Source: Octopus vulgaris
Lineage: Eukaryota
Length of the DNA: 64,000 bases
Assembly: GCA_951406725.2 (NCBI GenBank)
Contig: OX597822.1
Span: 10,850,001 to 10,914,000 of the forward strand
Direction: 5' to 3'
The position numbers and the translations under genes were made by a program. Positions 56,511 to 64,000 of this stretch are shown in pieces. Position 1 is the stretch's first letter. Each line of letters starts with the position of its first letter. Under the pieces are notes generated by a model. It worked only from the letters and a program-made list of their open reading frames with translations, was not told where the DNA came from and ran no database searches.

Positions 56511-57146
56511 ATAGTATCTCTGTATTGATCTATATTCATCACAGTATCTCTATATTCGTGTATAAAAGTAGAGGTGAACCATTAAACCCTACAGCTATAA
56601 CAAACTGAAAACAAAAAGTCAGGTGTCTAATATAGGCGATAAAAAACTACCTCCTAGAACTTCCATTGGTTCTAATTCCGATTACATAGCTGCACCACAG
56701 ATGGCAATAATATGAAAACTTATCAAAATTAGATGCTTTCAAGTATGAATAACTCTATGGAAACCAGGAAATGAAGATAACCTGGTCTAATGCCTCTTAT
56801 ACGAAAAGCTAGAGGACTAACATACCCTGAGTCTTCAATATATGAAACCAAATTTTCTTCTTAGGCACAAATACTATAGTATCTTCGGCAAATATTCTGT
56901 TAATTCTCATTCTTTACAGCACAAAGCCTAGCAGGTAACATCGACTACTCAAAGATCGAGGCGTCAAATTTTGAGCTTGTGCGGTAGCAATCTAACATAT
57001 CAGAAAAGAAGCAGTATGACTTCACAAATCCAGGTGGCAGCTGGCTGTTCCAACAGCCAATACAATACTAATTTCCCACTACTGTTCATTACAGACACTG
57101 TAAGGGCAACAATAGTAATGTTTATAACAACAATAACAACACTGAC

Positions 57147-58160
57147 AAAAACAACACAAATGAAAAGATATGCGGGAGAAACACTAGCACCACCACCACT
57201 ACAACCACCTCTACCACCACCACTACAACCACCTCTACAACCACTACTACAACCACCTCTACCAGCACCACTACAACCACCTCTACCAGCATCACTACAA
57301 CCACCTCTACCACCACCACTACAACCACCTCTACCACCACCACTACAACCACCTCTACCAGCACCACTACAACCACCTCTACCACCACCACTACAACCAC
57401 CTCTACCAACATCACTACAACCACCTCTACAACCACCACTACAACCACCTCTACCAGCACCACTACAACCACCTCTACCAGCATCACTACAACCACCTCT
57501 ACCAGCACCACTACAACCACCTCTACCAGCACCACTACAACCACCTCTACCACCACCACTACAACCACCTCTACCAGCATCACTACAACCACCTCTACCA
57601 CCACCACTACAACCACCTCTACCAGCATCACTACAACCACCTCTACCACCACCACTACAACCACCTCTACCACCACCACTACAACCACCTCTACCAGCAT
57701 CCCTACAAACCACCTCTACAACCACCACTACAACCACCTCTACCACCACCACTACAACCACCTCTACCAGCATCACTACAAACCACCTCTACAACCACCA
57801 CTACATCCACCTCTACCACCACCACTACAACCACCTCTACCACCACCACTACAACCACCTCTACCACCACCACTACAACCACCTCTACCAGCACCACTAC
57901 AACCACCTCTACCAGCATCACTACAACCACCTCTACCACCACCCACACCCACCTCTACCACCACCACTACAACCACCTCTACCAGCACCACTACAACCAC
58001 CTCTACCACCACCACTACAACCACCTCTCTAAAAACAACACAAATGAAAAGATATGCGGGAGAAACACTAGCACCACCACCACTACAACCACCTCTACCA
58101 CCACCACTACAACCACCTCTACAACCACTACTACAACCACCTCTACCAGCATCGCTACAA
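57147..58160. repeat. 24-bp minisatellite (CCACCTCTACCASCACCACTACAA)n with a duplicated unique head
   Basis: About 35 units. 57147-57267 is repeated at 58031-58151. Confidence 0.95.
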
Positions 58161-58499
58161 ACCATGCCGATCAAAACAACCGCAAAACTAAAAACAATAT
58201 GCATGAGAAACAGAAAGAGGAAAAGTCAAATTGTCTTTCCAACTCAACTGAAATTTCTTCCTTCGCCACCTTCACCACCACCACCACCACCACCACCACC
58301 ACCACCACCACCTTCACCACCACCACCACAACTAGTAACAGCAACACATAAACATGAATATATCGCAGTTAACAACGCCAAAGTTGCCGGGTTCGCAAAG
58401 CCGAGCGATCAGAGAAAAGAATTAAATTAATGACTCAAGAAATAAAAAGTGCAATAAACTTCCTTACGACGTCTAGCCGAAACAAATGTAGACATTCAC

Positions 58500-61400
58500 A
58501 AATCCATCCAACAAGAAATCAATATGGAAAAGCGTAACTTATATATTGATAGCAATAAAAAGCCGAAAAATAGAACGAGCCACACAGCAAAAAATAGAAA
58601 AACATCTAAGACTGACTCGGGGAACGAAAATATACGTGGGTAGATAGAAAGATATTGCATGGTAGAGATAAGTTCCCCGAGAAAGAATGAGCCCATGTTG
58701 CACTCCACAATACTAAGAAGTGACGAACTGGTCTTCATACCAATTTAATTTGACTACAGAGCTGTATGGATAAACATAGTTGATAAGTTGTGGCGAAAGA
58801 GTACAACAGGGAGCCGTTTTTGCACACATCTTTTCTGCCAACTAGTTACAGTCGACCCAAACGTGTACCGAAGATAGTGTTCCATTCACTAACTAACACT
58901 AAAAAACAGGACAGTCCTATGAGAACCACCAGACACCTGAAGTAATCCGGCCGTTATGTTAGAGCAAATTGATAGTGAGGTCTTCGACATAGAAAACAAG
59001 ACTAATATTTTGCAGGTCCAGTGGCTGCACAACTAAAATTAGCCAGGCTAATAGATGGAGATATTGATTCAAACAAATCAAGAAAACATAGAATCCATCC
59101 AGTGCCAGATCAGTGTGCTAGGCGGCACAAAGCTGCGTCTGGACGTTGAGGAGAGAAAGCCAAGTTGTCATTAGAGAAATGACACAAACCACCACAAGGC
59201 TTTCTGTCCACAGCAAAGGAGAGCAAAAAGGTCCACAGCGTCAACAACGCCAAAAGCATAAACAACAGTATCGAAAGCAGAGAGCAGCTGCAACACTAAA
59301 ACCAGCAACTGCAAAAATGATGGAGTAACAGCAGCAGAAACAGAAGCAATAGCAGCAGCAGCAACAATAACAACAACAAAAACAACACAGAAACTGGTAA
59401 CACAAACAATAAAAACATCAAAAGAAACACTGCCTTCAAGGCCCACCACATCACCAACAAAAGCAGTAACTGAAAGTCCTTAAGTAACAACAAAACAAAA
59501 GATAATGACTTATCCAAAACATGCCCCGCCCCGGCTGGAACCACTTAGACATCTCGTGTGGTGAAGATAACGGACAAGAAAACAAATGGCAAATAATATA
59601 CAAGAAAAGAGAAAAGTTAAAGTATCACAAGAGCAGGAAAAAAAAACTAGGATGTGCAAACGGAGGCACGAAACTCATTCCTTAACCATTAAACCAACAC
59701 CCGCTCCAGCCACAATAGCAGCACCATTTTCGCTATGACCATTAACACCATTAAATTCACCAACAGCGCTCAAGACAATCATAATCACAAACGCCAGAAA
59801 ACCTTATTTTACACCTAAACCCAGGATAGCCACTGAGAAACATTATCAGGTGTACTGCCATAAATAGAAATAATATGGAATTAATGAAACACATCGACAT
59901 GCAGACGTTACTCAGAATGATTCTATCACACCAGCAAATATCAAAAGGATACTCATAAAATCACTCAAGCCATTAAAAACATATACAACGTCAACAAAAA
60001 TAAAAATATCCCAACAGAGGAGGAAATTTCAGAGGCAACATCAATAAAAGATTTTATAAGGAATATCCAACCCAGTCAGAGGGACCAACTACCTGTCCCT
60101 CCGCATGAATAGAGTAAATGGTCCTTTCTAATCTTCCTCTTTCTTTCGAACGTAGTATTACTCAGAACAGACAGTTTAAATTAACGTAGCCCGTGGTCAT
60201 CTTGAAAACAGAACCGCTTGGCCAACGAGCTCAGGTCACGAGATATAGATGAGAATGCCAGCTGACGGGCCAAAGCTTCCGATCCACAAGGATTACTGGC
60301 CCTCTTCAGCGGATATGGGATGAACTTATCTCCAAGTATCCCGAGAATAGGAGATAAACTTCCGTACTATGTTGAAAGGACCTCGATCTTACGATATGGA
60401 CAAGCTTCTGGAATCCAAATAGTAATCTGATGCTATATGCGTAAATAATAGTTTAAGGATGCCTTCAGAAAAGTAGCTTATGCTCTAAAATAACGGCTGG
60501 ATTACTTCAGGTGTCTGGTAGTTCTCATAGGACTGTCCTGTTTTTTAGTGCTAGTTAGTGAATGGAACACTATCTTCGGTGCACGTTTGGGTTGACTGTA
60601 ACTAGTTGGTAGAAAAGATGTGTGCAAAAACGTCACAAACCGGTTCAGATATTTCCTTTCCAGCAGTATTCAGCCACATCGGAACTGTGCCCAGTAGAAT
60701 ACGCCGTGACAAACAGAACAAAATTAATGATACAGAGCAGAAAGCCTAGTAGCTAATTTTGTCATAGTAAATACACTTCAGCACCTAAAGCCATGCTGAA
60801 TTAGAAACACTAAGCAGCGAAAATTCCAAACGGAAATTATGATCAGTCACAAGAGCAGAAGCGAAACAGAAAAAAATATTTTCCAGGCTCCCATCACCAA
60901 AAGCTCTGGGACTATCAAAAGAAATCCTTTTATGTAGTTTTATGTAGAGTATTAAAAATATATTAAAAACCATCGCGTTCTCAAAATATGCCAACAAATT
61001 GGACCATGCCATCATTACGCAATAATGACGAAATTTTAAAGGCGAATGAATACCTACTAACTATCGGTAGAAGCAAGAAAGGATAAACAATGGAAAAACG
61101 TCTCAAAGAAAGGTAATTCGAGACTCAACAAAAAGCAACCAAAGCAAGTGGGAAGGAAGTATTTCATGAAAATATCAATGGTACTTCTCCTCGAACAAAT
61201 TATTAAGGAAAATGAAGACAAAGAAGAATTGAGATTCGCCGTCCCTCGAAAATCAAATAAACAAATGCTAAATAGAATTACGTATCTGTGATGCCAAGGA
61301 CTTTCTAAAGACGTTAGAATGGTACGAAAACAATTAGGTTTAGAATGTAAACAACATGCAAAAGATAGATTATTAGTAAAATTTAAACTAAGACGTTCCA

Positions 61401-61560
61401 CAGAAATTTTTTAAAATATGCTCCGAAGACGTTTAAGTTCATCAACACCAAATGCTTCAAAAATGCTTACTGGGGCATGCGATTGCACTCGTACACTATT
61501 TGAGAAATGGTCAGACGAACTGGATCGTGAAGTTTCCTTACTCAATGTAACCAGTGATCT
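58500..61560 (+). pseudogene. Heavily decayed L1/Tx1-like LINE (ORF1 + endonuclease region of ORF2)
   Basis: ~59075-59215 reads LRLDVEERKPSCH*RNDTNHHKAFCP (decayed CCHC knuckle). ~60545 reads LVLVSEWNTIFGARL (decayed GD[W/F]N AP-endonuclease motif). A-rich sense strand. Boundaries are approximate. Confidence 0.6.
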
Positions 61561-61985
61561 TTCCTGTTATTTCCTTTAATTATATATTATTTTAATTATT
61601 ATGTATTCTACTGTACAGGCTTTTTTTTTATTTATTGCCGTGTTTATACATGTATGTATACGTGTTTCACATATACTATATCATCACTATAAGCAAATGC
61701 ATTCAAATTGTTTACAATTTAACTTTGAAAAACAGTTCTGTTCCCAGTATTCTTCAACCGAGAAGATATTTTACATATTTTATTTTAAATGCAGCAGAGT
61801 TTGGTCATCAGTATTCTGTTGGATTTTAAAATAAGCCTTTTTAAAGTCCAACCATCTAAAGATTAGTTATCGTCTTGTTTAGTGAGTTTTCCCATCTTAG
61901 AATATACGGCGACGTATGAGCAGCGTGGATAAAGCAGATGACAAATGCCTCACCCTATTCCTTTTAATTCTATTAACTTTGACAA

Positions 61986-62395
61986 GACGGCGAGCTGGCA
62001 GAAACGTTAGCACGCCGGGCGAAATGCTTACAGGTATTCGTCCGCCGCTACGTTCTGAGTTCAAATTCTGCCGAGGTCGACTTTGCCTTTCATCCTTTCG
62101 GGGTCGATTAAATAAGTACCAGTTACGCACTGGGGTCGATATAATCGTCTTAATCCGTTTGACTGTCCTTGTTTGTCCTCTCTGTGTTTAGCCCCTTGTG
62201 GGTAGTAAAGAAATACGTATTTCGTCTGCCGTTACATTCTGAGTTCAAATTCCGCCGAGGTCGACTTTGTCTTTCATCTTTCGGGGTCGATAAATCAAGT
62301 ACCAGTTACGCACTGGAAGGGCGATGTAATCGACTTAATCCCTTTGTCTGTCCTTGTTTGTCCTCTTTGTGCTTAGCCCCTTCTGGGTAGTAAAG
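61986..62395 (+). mobile_element. SINE family B tandem dimer (full copy + 5'-truncated copy)
   Basis: Core and GGGTAGTAAAGA tail occur twice, with the junction near 62215. Confidence 0.92.
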
Positions 62396-63926
62396 ATTAT
62401 ATTTAGTGATGTTATTTCACAGAGATGGAATTATAAACGTAAAGGATGCGCATCTAAAAGAATAAATCGGTTAAAAGCTTGTTAATAATCTTAGTAGATT
62501 ACTCCTGATATTTGATTATTTGGCGATTTCACAACTAAAGCCTGAACACGAAGTAACACTGGCCTTCATTACCCCAACAAGGGAGCGTACCAAGTTCATG
62601 GGTGCTGCTACTTGTTCTCGGCTAATTAATTAGTGGAAAACTAAAATATTTAACACTTCATAATTTATACAAAAGTTTAATCGGATAACTACATTTACAT
62701 TCAAACTACACCATCCCCCAAAACAAAGATGGAGTGTCTACAACCTGCAAGAAATGACAGCCAAATGTGCATCACATCATAAACAGTTATTTTTTAAAAT
62801 GGAGATTACATTCGATAATGTTAGCCAGGAAACTATACACCCGAAGAGAACAGATTGATGGCCATGACTAAATTTGTTATGGATAATAGGTATACTTGAT
62901 CAGGATTCTTCGTTTTACATCGTACGGTCTTTTTACAAACGTTATACTTGAATACTTGGAATGTTATACGATACTACACTACGACTTGTTTATAAAATAA
63001 AATTGACTCTACACTCTGCTATACCGCACCACAAAAGTATTACCATACCTCATGTTTGTCTGACTTCATTATTTCAACTAACTCTATGATTCCATAAATC
63101 TGACTATAATATGAACCAAGACAACAACCACATTAACAAGAACAACGATAACAGCAGCAACGACAACGACGCCGGCGGCGATGATGACAACAACAACAAC
63201 AACATTAATAATAAATAGCGAAATCCAAGTCCGAGAACTTGAAGTTTTGTCAAGAAAAATGGTTTCGTCACTGCCAGCCAAACGATATATTTTCTCAATT
63301 CCGTACAGCTTTCATCCATTTTATCATGTCACAGCTAGCCAAGATGGAGGTGGGTCGAAAATGAGAGAAAGAGAGAAACAGACAAAGACAGAGTATGAGT
63401 GAGGAGAAAAAGAGTGAAAGAAAGAGAGGAAGGAGGACAAATGCAATTGGACAGATTCGAAAATTTTCACGAGGCTCATTTATTTCCAATAATCTCCATT
63501 AATCCTTCTTGATAGCTTATCTCGTTCGGTATGGTTACTATGCCACAATACGTATTCCTTCCATTCGTCTCACGTTTAAATTCGTTCTCCCGCGCCAGAA
63601 TTCTAATACGACAAGGGTCATTTGATGCCATATTGTAACTGCTTTATAAATCTATCTTCTTTTATATATGTGTGTGCGCGCGCGTGTGTGTGTATGTGTG
63701 TGTGTGTGCATGCGCATGTGTGTGTGTGCGTGTGTATGTGTGTGTGTGTGTGCTTTATTTGTGTGTATGGTGTTTTTGTTGCATTTCTTTTTATTTAGGT
63801 ATTTGCGTGTTTTTGTTTTATTAGTCGTTTTCTTTATCGAATTGGGCGCAAGACTATGGAAGACTACATGGGGCCATTTTGAAAGATTGTATTTTTTTAT
63901 AGTTTGTTTTTATATTTTTGTTCAGG

Positions 63927-64000
63927 TAGAAGAAGAAGAAGAAGAAGAAGAAGAAGAAGAAGAAGAAGAAGAAGAAGAAGAAGAAGGAGAAGAAGAAGAA
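63927..64000. repeat. (AGA)n microsatellite running off the window
   Basis: Direct reading. Confidence 0.97.

Noticed and set aside
56971-58032. 353-aa proline-rich, extensin/formin-like ORF and the antisense GRGGCS ORF
   Set aside because: Translation of a 24-bp minisatellite that is open in most frames and frameshifted internally.
57187-58160. CRISPR-like array
   Set aside because: Units are contiguous with no unique spacers, no cas genes are present, and the context is eukaryotic.
60262-60309. Minus-strand CUGAAGA followed by a GGGCCA/UGGCCC stem
   Set aside because: GUCA follows instead of GAAA, and it lies within LINE ORF2 sequence, so it is likely chance.

Overview
AT-rich, microsatellite-saturated eukaryotic DNA. 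The SINE families and repeat load suggest a coleoid cephalopod such as Octopus (inference, not verified). I found no host protein-coding exon and no true tRNA or rRNA gene; almost all listed ORFs are microsatellite or SINE artefacts. The window is a retroelement landscape: two 5'-truncated R4/Dong-like RLE retrotransposons inserted in (TAA)n SINE tails, several Penelope-like element (PLE) remnants, CRE-like, RTE-like and L1/Tx1-like fragments, four tRNA-derived SINE families (about 35 copies), non-autonomous Helitrons and a mariner-type MITE. The most interesting layer is invisible in the ORF track: about ten hammerhead-ribozyme (HHR) motifs. They include (i) a PLE terminus built as tRNA-like Pol III promoter + (AAT)n + HHR, (ii) two divergent HHRs sharing a long stem II with compensatory base changes and an embedded AATAAA, and (iii) short HHR modules and head-to-head HHR foldbacks inserted in (TA)n tracts. 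There are also several locally templated insertions, a tail-to-tail SINE pair and a few candidate cis-regulatory islands. All folds and alignments were done by eye.
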